A stretch of DNA of 54,512 bases from a virus (taxonomy: Duplodnaviria; Caudoviricetes): IMG/VR virus record IMGVR_UViG_3300007363_000026, positions 1 to 54,512 of that record; one strand, written 5' to 3'. Below the pieces are notes generated by a model, which was not told the DNA's origin, did no database searches, and worked only from the letters and a program-made list of their open reading frames with translations. A program made the position numbers and the translations under genes. Positions 28,205 to 38,282 of this stretch are shown in pieces. Positions within the stretch are counted from its first letter, which is position 1; every line of letters begins with the position of its first letter.

Positions 28205-28533
28205 TAGGCAAACGTTCCGAAAGCAATGGCCGTAACGTTGGCGCCGGTTGTCACCTTCCACGCCCCCGATAGGCTTCGAGCCCCGATCGGCACATAGAAC
28301 GGGATCAGGCTAGAGAGTGCTGTGGTGCCGCCGCCAGCAAAGATGCTGATGCTGCTTCCGCTGCCGTCCTTGATTGAGACAGCGCCCGCTGCAGTGGTGC
28401 CGGGAACGATCAGGATGCCGGCAAGATAGTCGCCTGCTGCACCTGTTGCCCCCATGACCTGATCGCTTTGCGAGGCTGCAATGGTCTCATAGGCGACATC
28501 GCCAAAATAAGCTGTGACCGGATTTACGGGCAT
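28204..28533 (-). CDS. small structural protein (fiber base/connector candidate)
   Basis: Gly/Ala/Thr-rich; between portal and fiber; TAATG coupling. Confidence 0.6.
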   Translation of the reverse strand: MPVNPVTAYFGDVAYETIAASQSDQVMGATGAAGDYLAGILIVPGTTAAGAVSIKDGSGSSISIFAGGGTTALSSLIPFYVPIGARSLSGAWKVTTGANVTAIAFGTFA

Positions 28534-28535
28534 GA

Positions 28536-30785
28536 TCAGAAGGCTCCCAATCGCTTGGCGCGTTTTGCCTCTAACTCTTCAAGAGCAGAAGCGGCTTCGA
28601 TTTCGTTGCTGTGGGCGGCGAGACGCGCGTTGGCGTCGTCCATCGCCCGTTCCATTTCCGCCTTCTCAACCTCACGGCCAAAGGCGTGGGCATCGCGGCG
28701 CAATTGCAAGCCGGCCTGCATCTTGGCCAGTTCCTGCTTGTGCTGGCTTTCGGCTTTCTTGGCTTGGAGGTCGACAACCTTTGCCGCGAAGTCGAGCTGG
28801 GCGCCGTGCTGTTTTGTCTGAGCCTCAAGCTGCTTGACTTGGGCTTCAAGCTTGGCGCCTTGGATCGTGGCTTGGGTTTTGGCCTTGATCTCTTCGGCCT
28901 TGGCCTCTGCGACGGGATCACCTTGCTGCTGCGGAGGTGGAAGCTTCTCAAGCGCCGTAAAGGCTTCGTCAAAAGCTTCCTCGAGCGGACGCCCAGCCCT
29001 GAACGCTTTCACGGAAAACATGACTGTTTCTTTGATTAGGGGCCGCATGGCAGGGAACTGCATGGCGACAGGAAGCATCTTCTCCATCTGAGCCATGATG
29101 GTGCTCATGAACTCGATGCGGTCCTGCTTTTCCTGCTGTTCGTCGACTTGGGCCGTCTGGTCCGTCTCTACGTCCACCTTATAGGCGCGGCGTGCGTCTG
29201 AGCGAAGGATACTAGACACCTCTTCCCATGTTGGGGCGTTGGCAACGTCCTGCAACTTCTTGATGGCTTCCGGGTCGATTTGTGGCGGCTGGCCAGACTG
29301 CTGGGCCATCTGCGCCTGCTGCTGCATGGCGGCAAGCTGCTGCTTGGCTTGGGCCTGCTCTGCCGCCAGCGGCATGTCGAGGCCGACCATCTCTTGAAGT
29401 TGTTCGCGGGTGAAGTGCTCTGCGATGATCTCAGTCTTGATGCGCAGGAGCGAGCGAATGAAACGCTGCACCATCTTCTGCCGCGCCTTGAGGCGCATAG
29501 AGCCGAAGTTGGCCTTGATCTGCTGGGCGGTTGCCGTCTCTGAGGCATTTGACGAGCCACGCAGCACGTCCGAGATGCCCGTCACCTCGTAGATTGATTG
29601 CACGAGGAAGGTGGCGCGCTTGTAAAGACCTTCAATGGCTGTGACGAGCGGGGCCAGGTCTTCGGTCTGGAAAACGGCCTTTAGGCCGCCCTTCTCCATC
29701 AGCCCGGCCAAACCCTTGTAAGGAACGAATTGATTGTCACCGGCCAAGGCGAGCTGAGATAGCTGGTTATCCGCGCCTTCGAGCGATGAATCATAGACGC
29801 CGCGGCGCTTCAGGGCTTCGACAAGGAAGCAAAGGCGCGTGGCGATGATGTCAAGCTCTGCCGCCTGGTCCTGATACAGCGTGAACTCAGGGATTGGCAC
29901 CAGCGTCGAGGTGGTCTTGACGCCATACAGAGCCTCGGGGCACGGAAAAAAGCCCTGAAGCTTGTAGGGGTCTTCTTCTTTCTTCAGGACGAGTTCATAG
30001 CCTTCGGCCACCCAGACGCGCTGCTTCTTGGTCTTGTCCCAGATTTCCCATACCTTGGAGCGCTTGAAGGTGTCATCCTCGTCGCGGGAATTGTCCTTGG
30101 TGGTGTCGACAAGCTGCGCGGTTAGAGGCACGCGGTCGGCGTGTTCCTCGAAATACTTCCGCAGTTCGTCGCGGCTATAGTAGTGGCAACGCGCCTTCCA
30201 CCAGATGTCCGTTTCTTTGCGGCCGGAACTGGTGCGGTAATCTTCCCAATAGACATGCTCATCGCGCACGCTCTGGGCGATAATCTCTTCCTCTCCGGTC
30301 TCTGGGTCTGTCCGCACGTCGGCGTCATAGACTACCCAGCATTGCCCACGACCTGGCAACACCATGTCCTCGACGGCGGCAGCGATCTGGCCTTCGCAGT
30401 CGTAGCTGTCGTTGATGTAACTGCCAGCGCGCTCCATGACCAGAGCGGCCTGCTTCGTCACCTTCTCGTCTTGGCCGCGCTTAGGGAAGCGGCGGCGAAC
30501 GTCCGGGCTTCCGATCCCCTGGAACAGAGCGGACTTGAGAAGGTCTGTATTGCTCCAGAGGATGTTGGTGCGGCGCTCTTCGCGGGCTGCGTTGTCGAAT
30601 TCACGCTCATCCCGATATCGCTTGACGACAGAGCGAGCCCGCTTGATCCAATGTTCATCCCTCTTGCCTGCAGCCTCAAGCTCCTGCAGCCAGAACTTGG
30701 CATGCTCTGGCTGGCTGTCGGCTGCGGCGCGCGTTTCCCGCTGCTCGACGATCGGCCGTCCATCGGTAAGGACTGTCTCGGTCAT
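28536..30785 (-). CDS. portal protein (podoviral type with long C-terminal coiled coil)
   Basis: 749 aa after TerL; NILWSN...PDVRRR, YEVTGISD.LRG, ETATAQQIK motifs. Confidence 0.85.
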   Translation of the reverse strand: MTETVLTDGRPIVEQRETRAAADSQPEHAKFWLQELEAAGKRDEHWIKRARSVVKRYRDEREFDNAAREERRTNILWSNTDLLKSALFQGIGSPDVRRRFPKRGQDEKVTKQAALVMERAGSYINDSYDCEGQIAAAVEDMVLPGRGQCWVVYDADVRTDPETGEEEIIAQSVRDEHVYWEDYRTSSGRKETDIWWKARCHYYSRDELRKYFEEHADRVPLTAQLVDTTKDNSRDEDDTFKRSKVWEIWDKTKKQRVWVAEGYELVLKKEEDPYKLQGFFPCPEALYGVKTTSTLVPIPEFTLYQDQAAELDIIATRLCFLVEALKRRGVYDSSLEGADNQLSQLALAGDNQFVPYKGLAGLMEKGGLKAVFQTEDLAPLVTAIEGLYKRATFLVQSIYEVTGISDVLRGSSNASETATAQQIKANFGSMRLKARQKMVQRFIRSLLRIKTEIIAEHFTREQLQEMVGLDMPLAAEQAQAKQQLAAMQQQAQMAQQSGQPPQIDPEAIKKLQDVANAPTWEEVSSILRSDARRAYKVDVETDQTAQVDEQQEKQDRIEFMSTIMAQMEKMLPVAMQFPAMRPLIKETVMFSVKAFRAGRPLEEAFDEAFTALEKLPPPQQQGDPVAEAKAEEIKAKTQATIQGAKLEAQVKQLEAQTKQHGAQLDFAAKVVDLQAKKAESQHKQELAKMQAGLQLRRDAHAFGREVEKAEMERAMDDANARLAAHSNEIEAASALEELEAKRAKRLGAF

Positions 30786-31067
30786 CTATTGCACCGTTGC
30801 CTTTGTTGCGTTTTTCAACGCCAAGGCTTCTAGTTCGGGGTTGGCTGCGCCAGCCATGCTGCGCGGGATGGCGTGTTGGATAAGCGACGCAACGTTGCAA
30901 ATCGCATCAACATCGGCCAATGGAGAGCTAGCGGACGTGTCGACCACGCTCACCGCGCCGTCTGCGTCCATCAACACAAGCACCGCACCGCGCAACCCAT
31001 GCCTCTCTGCGAGCGCTGTCATTAGGCGCAGCGCGTCGTTGGAGAGGCTGGAGTTGCTAGACTTCAT
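30786..31067 (-). CDS. hypothetical protein
   Basis: TGATG-coupled ORF before the portal gene. Confidence 0.5.
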   Translation of the reverse strand: MKSSNSSLSNDALRLMTALAERHGLRGAVLVLMDADGAVSVVDTSASSPLADVDAICNVASLIQHAIPRSMAGAANPELEALALKNATKATVQ

Positions 31068-31315
31068 CAGGCGCCAACAAACGGGCACGCGTCAGTCACG
31101 GTGACAGTGCCGGCGCTGTTTGAAACGACACGCGTGCGCCAGGTGCGGCCGACATTGGTGCCGGCCTGCGTGACGGTGACTTGCACGTTCTTGCCCTTTA
31201 CGAGCGCGGGGGCGCCCGTCGTGGCCGTGAAGCTGGTGATGGATGCCGACGAGGCAGCACACGAACCAGTGCCCAGCAAAATGCCGTGCTTGTAGATGGA
31301 GCAGGAAGAGGCCAT
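31067..31315 (-). CDS. small beta-rich hypothetical protein
   Basis: GGAG RBS; Thr/Ser-rich. Confidence 0.6.
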   Translation of the reverse strand: MASSCSIYKHGILLGTGSCAASSASITSFTATTGAPALVKGKNVQVTVTQAGTNVGRTWRTRVVSNSAGTVTVTDACPFVGA

Positions 31316-31329
31316 AGCAGAGTTCTCCG

Positions 31330-31620
31330 TTAGTACGGGGCGGCTTGATCACCGCCCATGACCTTGGCTTTTGCAGCGTCAATAGCTGCGTCGAGGTGCC
31401 CGCGCTGGGGCGCCGCCTCACCCATTTCGCCACCTGGCAGCATGCCTGCGTCCTCGAGCACGTCGATCGCCATAGACAGTTGCGGCAACATGTCGGGAGG
31501 GATCTTCATCGACTGAATAACCTGCATTGCCTCTTCGGGAGACATGACAGGTGCGCCGCCTTCTTCTGCATCTTCGGGCGGCATTTCCATCTGCGGGCGT
31601 TCGCTGGGGTCGGGCATCAC
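31330..31620 (-). CDS. acidic Met/Pro-rich hypothetical protein
   Basis: Immediately after terL. Confidence 0.6.
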   Translation of the reverse strand: MMPDPSERPQMEMPPEDAEEGGAPVMSPEEAMQVIQSMKIPPDMLPQLSMAIDVLEDAGMLPGGEMGEAAPQRGHLDAAIDAAKAKVMGGDQAAPY

Positions 31621-33036
31621 TTAGATCCTCTTGGTTTTGCCGCCGGCGGCATGCCGGTCGTGATACGCGACCATCTCGTTAAGGGTGGGAAGTCGAACGT
31701 TAATTGGCTTAGGCTTAGGCGGCTCCTTCGGTGGGGAGATGCCGCAGTTAATGGCGAATTCACCAAACGCATCTGCGCCGTGGGAATTTTCGTCGTGTAG
31801 CGCGTCCGTGTAGGTCTGGAGCGCGTCATTCCATTTCCTGCGATAACGCCTGAGACGCTTGAGACCCAATTCAACCCGCGGCGTCTTGTTGAACTTCATG
31901 ATGGGCAGGAGCCGCCGAACCGCTTCGATGCGGTCCTCATTCTTGGCCGGCACGCCCTTGCGGATGTTCTGGACGCCAAGACGGATAAGGCTTTCAACGC
32001 GGGAGCGTCCGCCAGCGGCTAGCTCCTTCACTCTCACGTCATGCGGCAGGAAGTGGTGGCTGTATCTGAATGGAGGATCGCGCCCAAGGATCTCGAGCGA
32101 GCGCTTTAACGTCCATCCATCGAATTTGAAGTCTTCTGGTGGTGCCTTGAACAGTTCAGGCATACAGATGGCAACGATGTCGTCAAAGCCGCTGCCAGAT
32201 ACCTCGTAGTAGTCGACCGCCGTTGCCGAGACGCCGTCCGTCTGAAAGAACCAGATGGCGGTATAGTCGTGCATGCCCAAATCCCATGAGGTGATCACTG
32301 GGAATGCTGGGCGATAGGGGAAGTCTCCGATGCGTCCTTGCTTCTCTGCGTCTGCCAACCATTTGGCGTAAAACGCGCCTTCAGAGACAAGCTGATAGCC
32401 GCCACCCCAGACGTGTTCGGCCATCTCTGGGTCGACGATGTAGTCCCGATCCTTTTCAGCCTTCAGGACTTCGGGGAACCATGGGTTGTCGTGCCAGTTG
32501 ACTTCAACGACGATGGCGTCGTCTGGCGGAACCGCGCTGCGAAGTAGCTTGTCCACGGCGTCGGTGTCGTGGCGCGGGTTCCAGCTAAACCAAAGCTCCG
32601 AGTTGTCCTTGCGGATGGTGGGGCGAAGCATCCGAAGCGATACATCGGATAGGCTCTGCGCCTCTTCCACCCAGGCGATGTCATAGCCCTCAAGGCTTTT
32701 GATCGTCTCGGCGTTATAGGACTGCATGCCTCGGAAAATGATCAGGCTGCCGTTTTTGCCCCTGATTTCGCTTTCCAAGACCTCGAAGAATTGGCCCAGG
32801 CCGAGCTTCTGTATCTTGTCGACCAGAAGCTGCTTGACGCTCTCTTTTAGGCTGTTCTGGACTTCGCGGATACAGGCGACGCGTGTTGTCTGCCTGTAGC
32901 AGCGCAGGATGATCTGCTCGCCAAAGAAGTGGCTTTTTCCTGAACCGCGGCCACCATACGCGCCTTTGTATCGTGCGGGCTGCAGAAGAGGAGCGAAGGC
33001 GCGCGGGAATTCAACTCTTAGCCTTTGGGTCGACAA
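31621..33036 (-). CDS. terL: terminase large subunit (PBSX-like)
   Basis: Walker A GGRGSGKS, Walker B AWVEEA, nuclease WDLG..D and HGADAF. Confidence 0.95.
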   Translation of the reverse strand: MSTQRLRVEFPRAFAPLLQPARYKGAYGGRGSGKSHFFGEQIILRCYRQTTRVACIREVQNSLKESVKQLLVDKIQKLGLGQFFEVLESEIRGKNGSLIIFRGMQSYNAETIKSLEGYDIAWVEEAQSLSDVSLRMLRPTIRKDNSELWFSWNPRHDTDAVDKLLRSAVPPDDAIVVEVNWHDNPWFPEVLKAEKDRDYIVDPEMAEHVWGGGYQLVSEGAFYAKWLADAEKQGRIGDFPYRPAFPVITSWDLGMHDYTAIWFFQTDGVSATAVDYYEVSGSGFDDIVAICMPELFKAPPEDFKFDGWTLKRSLEILGRDPPFRYSHHFLPHDVRVKELAAGGRSRVESLIRLGVQNIRKGVPAKNEDRIEAVRRLLPIMKFNKTPRVELGLKRLRRYRRKWNDALQTYTDALHDENSHGADAFGEFAINCGISPPKEPPKPKPINVRLPTLNEMVAYHDRHAAGGKTKRI

Positions 33037-33427
33037 TTACCATCTCGATGGTTTGGTGGACCTGAAGCGGGTTGTTGGGATCGCCGGCCACTTCCTTGCG
33101 GTCAACCACAAGGCCAAGCAGCTTTCCGGTCCCCATAATCGCAGATACTGCAGCCGGTAGCGCCTTGGTCTCGATAGCCAGCGCCCTGACCTCTTCTAGC
33201 TGCCGCACGAGGTCGTCAACGGTAAGTCTATGACGCTTAAGGTGTTCTTCCTGTATTTCTTTGACCCTTACCGCCACCTTACCGTTTGTCAGTAACTCCG
33301 ACGCCTTCACGTGAATGACGGCGTCCTTCATTTTCTGGGCATCATAAGCCCGCCGATAAGCCTCGCTGGCGTTGCCAGTTTCCACGTAGGCTAAACAGAA
33401 CGCCTCCTGCTTTGGAGTAAGGGACAT
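33011..33427 (-). CDS. terS: terminase small subunit
   Basis: LTPKQEAFC..Y..TGNASEAYRRAY...ASELL.N.KV. Confidence 0.9.
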   Translation of the reverse strand: MSLTPKQEAFCLAYVETGNASEAYRRAYDAQKMKDAVIHVKASELLTNGKVAVRVKEIQEEHLKRHRLTVDDLVRQLEEVRALAIETKALPAAVSAIMGTGKLLGLVVDRKEVAGDPNNPLQVHQTIEMVIVDPKAKS

Positions 33428-33437
33428 CAGCGACGGC

Positions 33438-33959
33438 TCACAGATACAGCCAATCCCGAAACACCTTGCGCTCAATGGCGCCTTGGCATCCTGCGAAGAA
33501 CGCCAGAAGCTTTTGAGCTTCCCGCTTGGTTGTCGCGGGCTGCGCCGCCATGTACTTTTCTGCAGGCGACGCTCTCTTGCCTACGCGCTGATCTCTTTCA
33601 GCAATTTGCCTGATGCGAGTGCCCGACAGATTCATACATTTACCGATCTCGGCATAGGTCAAGCCTTGTTCGCGCAAGCGGGCGACTCTCCGCATTTGCC
33701 CCCAATAATACTGCTCCCTAGCAACGTCGGCAGGCAAACGGTCGTCTAGTGGCCAGCTTCCAGCCTTTTGCTTGGTGCTCTTGATAACCCTTTTATGCTT
33801 TGGGGCTGCGGCCGGGACGCTGCGATGGACAACTATTCTTCGCATCGAGAGGCGCTGCCGCTCTCTGCGCTCCATCTCTTGCACTTCCCACGCAAGGATT
33901 TCTTCCTCCGTCAAAGGAGGTGCATCCACCCAGGCGAACGTAACGGGGCTTTTACTCAT
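33438..33959 (-). CDS. protein with sigma70 region 4-like HTH
   Basis: LREQGLTYAEIGKCMNLSGTRIRQI. Confidence 0.7.
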   Translation of the reverse strand: MSKSPVTFAWVDAPPLTEEEILAWEVQEMERRERQRLSMRRIVVHRSVPAAAPKHKRVIKSTKQKAGSWPLDDRLPADVAREQYYWGQMRRVARLREQGLTYAEIGKCMNLSGTRIRQIAERDQRVGKRASPAEKYMAAQPATTKREAQKLLAFFAGCQGAIERKVFRDWLYL

Positions 33960-34159
33960 TCGATCATCTGCCCGTGTTTCCGCATCGCGTGTTTCACGTG
34001 ATCGGAAAGCTTTGATGACTTCTTGAGGTTGCCTGCGGCTTGATCGGCTTCGTTGAAATCCTTGGCGACAGCCATGGGAATGCCTGCCTTCTTGGCCACT
34101 TTTGGGTCGTGAGAGGCGGCGGCCATTAGCCTAGCTTGAGCTTTGGACTTGGAAGGCAT
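33956..34159 (-). CDS. small basic conserved phage protein
   Basis: MPSKSKAQARLMAAA.H.P..AKK.GIP..VAK.F..AD. Confidence 0.7.
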   Translation of the reverse strand: MPSKSKAQARLMAAASHDPKVAKKAGIPMAVAKDFNEADQAAGNLKKSSKLSDHVKHAMRKHGQMIE

Positions 34160-34482
34160 TAGCTGAACTGCTTAATCTCGATTTCGTCCGCACTTATGCC
34201 GGTGCGGCCTGTTTCCAAGTAGATCAGGACGGCCTCGGCCACGTCGAACACGTCGCATATTCCCATAGACGACGCGGATTGGTTGGGCCGCATGGGCCGC
34301 GCACCAGCGTTTAGGATATCTATGGCAAACCTCAAGGCATAAGCGCGATCGTCTTTGCTTGGTACGGAAGCAGTCATGTCGTCCCCAAGGGCCGCGACAA
34401 GAACGTGCGCAATCTCTCTGTCTGACGCCTTTGGATGCGTCTTTCGGGTGGTCGCTATGATTTCCTCGAGGCTAATCCTCAC
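34159..34482 (-). CDS. hypothetical protein
   Basis: ORF coupled to both neighbours. Confidence 0.55.
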   Translation of the reverse strand: MRISLEEIIATTRKTHPKASDREIAHVLVAALGDDMTASVPSKDDRAYALRFAIDILNAGARPMRPNQSASSMGICDVFDVAEAVLIYLETGRTGISADEIEIKQFS

Positions 34483-34709
34483 GCCGCATCCTTCTCCGCT
34501 TCAGCGTATTGGCCAATCAAGACCTTGATCTGCTCTGCGATCTCGTCGGAGAGGGCTTTCATGATCTCAGGGTTTACCTGGCCAGGAAGGTTTGAGGCAT
34601 AGGCTGAGAGACGGCGGGACGCGACCTCGATGACGGCCATGGTGCGCATGATGTTTACGATCTTGGTGTCCTCGGTCACGTGAAACATTCCTTGTTTTTC
34701 GTGAAACAT
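34479..34709 (-). CDS. hypothetical protein
   Basis: AAGGA RBS; coupled ORF. Confidence 0.55.
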   Translation of the reverse strand: MFHEKQGMFHVTEDTKIVNIMRTMAVIEVASRRLSAYASNLPGQVNPEIMKALSDEIAEQIKVLIGQYAEAEKDAA

Positions 34710-35111
34710 TCAGTCCTTGCGGCATAGGATCAGGGGCCGTTTACCTATCCGGCAGAACCTTGTGATGAGCGTCCAGCCTTCCGGGGGCTCTGTCCCGTAG
34801 AAGTATTGGCGGAAGCCCTTGGGGATACGCCAATAGAAAACGCCGTCGAAATTCCGCTCCATCGCCCTTGATTATCCACAATCTGGGTACATCTTATGGA
34901 TGTTCGGTCGCGTAGGTGTTGCGTAGCGCGTATATCACGCCCAGGTACTAGCTCCCCCGGCTGGACCTGGGCGTCACTCTTTCAGGAATAAGAAGGGCTG
35001 GGGTTAACCAGCCAGTTGGCGCCTAGGGAGGAGGTGGCGCTAAAAGTGGGCGGGGTTTTTGGGAGGCAGGGGCTGCTGCACCCAATGGACGCGGATATAC
35101 CCCGTGAAACC

Positions 35112-35393
35112 CTAATCCATTGGGGTTCGAAGCGAACTGGTGTATTGTGTGGGGTTGCTTTGGTGCATCCACTCCCTTACCTGCTCATAAGTTACATCCG
35201 CTCGAAATGGCGTTGGATGGTCAACCATAAAAATGGTCGTCATTTGGAATTCGCCAACCGGGTCCCTGTAGCAACGAGAGATGTATCGCGTATCGATAGT
35301 GATGGGTTCAAAATCTAGGTCTTCTTTGCGGCGCGGGTTGTGGTTGAAATAATCTGCACCAACCTGCACAAAACGACGTATCTCAACGATCAT
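35112..35393 (-). CDS. hypothetical protein
   Basis: MIVEIRRF...; first ORF after the putative late promoter. Confidence 0.5.
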   Translation of the reverse strand: MIVEIRRFVQVGADYFNHNPRRKEDLDFEPITIDTRYISRCYRDPVGEFQMTTIFMVDHPTPFRADVTYEQVREWMHQSNPTQYTSSLRTPMD

Positions 35394-35580
35394 GGGGTTG
35401 CTTTGGGGGCAATTGGGGATTTGGTGCCGCGGCTTCGAAGCGCGGCTTTTCAAAGGAGTCGGCATATCGCTTATCGGCTGGCCGCCCTTTGACTCGAAGC
35501 AACATATGCACTGATGGTCGTTTAACTCAATCTCGCCACATACGCAACAAAATTTCGTCTCTACGCACTAAAATTCTGAA

Positions 35581-36117
35581 TTAGGCCGCTTGGACGGAAG
35601 AATGTTGCACAGACACCAGTCGCATGCTTCCGAGAAAGTCCATCCAAGCGCGCACCTCGTCCTTCTTGACCTCCGCGATGGTCGTGCGCTGGCCGTAAAT
35701 GACAACGCTTTGTCCGACCCTGAAGCCCGTCAGGTCAACCTCTTCCGCTTTCTCTCGAGATAGCGTCTGCAAAAAATCAATTTGATCGGCTCGCATAACC
35801 TCCGGTCTATTACCGAAGCCAAGCACGCCGATAACAGGCGAACCCTTTCCCAAAGCCTCTGAGGCCTCGTTTATGGCCTGCCGCTCAGCCCAGAAATCCA
35901 TGAATGCAGCACTCTTGGCCCCGTGGAATGCACCAAACACATAACCAGGCATTAGGGGGAATTTGGTCCAGCGCTTCAGGGAAGGCCTATTTCTTCGCTC
36001 TACAGCCCGTTCTTCGAATGGGAGGATAGCCTGCCTATCCCTTTGGTGGAGGGCGTGCAGGACGCGAAATTCGGCCTGTGGCGCGACCTTGATGGCGAAC
36101 CAGCTTATTCCAGTCAT
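35581..36117 (-). CDS. NusG-family antiterminator (late regulator)
   Basis: WFAIKVAPQAEF...PLMPGYVF NGN motif and KOW-like FRVGQSVVI; sits in the position of lambda Q. Confidence 0.85.
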   Translation of the reverse strand: MTGISWFAIKVAPQAEFRVLHALHQRDRQAILPFEERAVERRNRPSLKRWTKFPLMPGYVFGAFHGAKSAAFMDFWAERQAINEASEALGKGSPVIGVLGFGNRPEVMRADQIDFLQTLSREKAEEVDLTGFRVGQSVVIYGQRTTIAEVKKDEVRAWMDFLGSMRLVSVQHSSVQAA

Positions 36118-36329
36118 TGCGTCTGCCCCTTTTTCGCGACGCGCACGCGCTTGCGGCCATGCTCTCGAAGCTTTTTTTCCAGCTTTTTCGTTATGGGTAT
36201 TTCGTTAAAAAGGTGCTGCACCCTTGCCCAGTCACGCTCGGCATTCGCCAGAACCTCTTTCTCGTCGATGCTAAGCATGGCCGCCTTTGGGTAGTAGCGG
36301 CTCCCCTTGGGTGCTAGCTTGCGCTTCAT
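36114..36329 (-). CDS. basic hypothetical protein
   Basis: AGGAGG RBS; ATGA coupling to the NusG-like gene. Confidence 0.6.
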   Translation of the reverse strand: MKRKLAPKGSRYYPKAAMLSIDEKEVLANAERDWARVQHLFNEIPITKKLEKKLREHGRKRVRVAKKGQTQ

Positions 36330-36465
36330 GGTGTTTTCCTCCTGACGCGTACTTTCTTGGACGATGCCTGCTTGAGGCGAATGTTGATCGGCAATCGAGC
36401 TTCGTTGCGGACGAGCTTGCCGTCCTTCAGCCTAAAGTCCTTGAGTTGTATGCGGCGGCCGGTCA

Positions 36466-36816
36466 TTAGTGGCTCGCTTTGCCAAGGACTTCCTTTTCGT
36501 ACGCATGCAGAACAGACGCCACGGTTTCAGGGAATGCCATCATGTCGCCGACGCGATCCATCAGCGTCGCCCTGAATTCATCTGCGCTCCCATGCTTGCA
36601 ATCATCCATGATCAGCGTGCAGGCCAGCGACAAAAGCGAAACAATCTTACGTTCGTTCGTTACCGCCTTCGCGCCTCGAACAAGGCCAACGAGGTGCATG
36701 TGGAAGCCAACGAAATCGTATATCTCTTCTGGAACGTCGTCCTCTGCGTCTGTCATTTTGGCCACCACATGCCCAGCATAGTCCCAACCACCATGACGAT
36801 CAGTACGGGAAGCCAT
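36466..36816 (-). CDS. hypothetical protein
   Basis: AAGGA RBS; 116 aa. Confidence 0.6.
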   Translation of the reverse strand: MASRTDRHGGWDYAGHVVAKMTDAEDDVPEEIYDFVGFHMHLVGLVRGAKAVTNERKIVSLLSLACTLIMDDCKHGSADEFRATLMDRVGDMMAFPETVASVLHAYEKEVLGKASH

Positions 36817-36924
36817 TCCTTGGCGAAGCGTTTCATTTCCTTGACCCGCATTTGACGCAAAGCACGTAAGGCGTCGTGATCCTGCTATCAGCAGAAACGG
36901 TGATCCAGACGTGACGGCAGGCGC

Positions 36925-37179
36925 TCATAGCTTCGACCTGAATTCGTTGGCTTCGCGCTTCGTCTGGCGCTGGATGCGTTTGATCTCTCGAGCGACGGCT
37001 GCCTTTTGATCATCGAGCCATGTCGCATAATCGTCGTCTATCGTCGGCAGCGGCGCGTCTGTCGTGTGGATCGGACGGGCTGACCGGTGGAGTGATTGGA
37101 ATTTTGCCAGCGCTTCCTCGTAGGCGGACTGGCGGACCCTCAAGAGGTCGATTGCTGTTTCTGCGATGAGTTCCATCAT
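36925..37179 (-). CDS. hypothetical protein
   Basis: AGGAG RBS. Confidence 0.6.
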   Translation of the reverse strand: MMELIAETAIDLLRVRQSAYEEALAKFQSLHRSARPIHTTDAPLPTIDDDYATWLDDQKAAVAREIKRIQRQTKREANEFRSKL

Positions 37180-37199
37180 GATCGCTCCTGCGGCCAGAC

Positions 37200-37409
37200 C
37201 TACTTTCCGTCACGCTCGTAAAGTGCTTGCCTTAAATACACGGCTAAATCCAATGCCTCCTCGTATGCATCACGCAACGCATCCCTGCCATTGTGAGGCT
37301 GAAGACGGGTTCCATAAATTATCTCTCCTTGGATGTCGCGCTTCGACATATCCGACAGGACAAGACCCCACACCGCAGGCAAGTCGTTATTTTTTGGTTT
37401 TGGCTGCAC
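37200..37409 (-). CDS. small all-alpha (MazG-like) conserved phage protein
   Basis: R...G...YGT.LQ..NGRDAL.DAYEEALDL.VYL motif. Confidence 0.55.
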   Translation of the reverse strand: MQPKPKNNDLPAVWGLVLSDMSKRDIQGEIIYGTRLQPHNGRDALRDAYEEALDLAVYLRQALYERDGK

Positions 37410-37462
37410 TGTTTCTTTCTCCTGTGGCGCGGTGGTACGCAGAACAGTCCGCGCGATAGGGG

Positions 37463-38089
37463 TTATTTGCCGCCGAAGTTCAGATTGAGCCTGACCATGC
37501 CGCTAATCTGGTCAGCCTTGATGTTGGCAAGGCCTGCGACAAGCTCGGTCTCATTGAACTTGGTGTAGCGGGTCTCGAGCGCCAGAGACATCATCGTGCC
37601 CTTGATGGGCATCTCGACGCCGCCGCCGTAGGTCCAGCCGCGCAGTGCGTTGGGAACGCCCGTAAGCGGGAGCGAGTAATTCATGTCCGACTGCGTGTAG
37701 CCAAGAAGCACGTAGGGCATCACGCCACCCATGTCGTAGCCAGCGCGGCCACCGAAGGCCCAGCCATCTCCGAGGCCGGCCGAGAAGGAGCCGAACGGGA
37801 GCGACACCTGAAAGGACGTATCGCGCCACGTGTATTCGCCCCAGGCGCCAATAACGATCGGCGAGCCAGTAAGGCGAAAGTCACAACCAGCATGCACGCC
37901 GAAGTCCGGCTGGCGTGAACGGGCGCCCAGACCGTCCAGCGAGGCCGGAAGCGAGGGCGCGGAGATGGTCGCACTCGCAATCGCTAAACCGGTTTGGGCG
38001 CCCACATGACACGGTGGCATTTGAGCGGAAGCCGAACCCATTGACACCAACAGAATAATAACACCAAGCGTATAGTTTTTCCACGACAT
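37463..38089 (-). CDS. outer-membrane beta-barrel protein (Omp25/RopB-like)
   Basis: Signal peptide; GGRAGY...PY..LG...GWTYGGGVE...LE.RY..F...RLNLNF near the C-terminus. Confidence 0.8.
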   Translation of the reverse strand: MSWKNYTLGVIILLVSMGSASAQMPPCHVGAQTGLAIASATISAPSLPASLDGLGARSRQPDFGVHAGCDFRLTGSPIVIGAWGEYTWRDTSFQVSLPFGSFSAGLGDGWAFGGRAGYDMGGVMPYVLLGYTQSDMNYSLPLTGVPNALRGWTYGGGVEMPIKGTMMSLALETRYTKFNETELVAGLANIKADQISGMVRLNLNFGGK

Positions 38090-38282
38090 TTTCCATCTCC
38101 GTTGAGGTTTTTTACGCGATCACGCGGTTTGATTTAACGCTTCCTACCTTTACGCTTTTGCGGGCGGCGTGAATGCTTCTCAATCCATTTAGATGCTGCA
38201 TCACGCTTTTGGTTTTCTTGCTCGTCAAGCACGCTAAGGCTGCGCTTTCTGCGCTTGGCGTCCATATGCCATTTGAGGGCAC

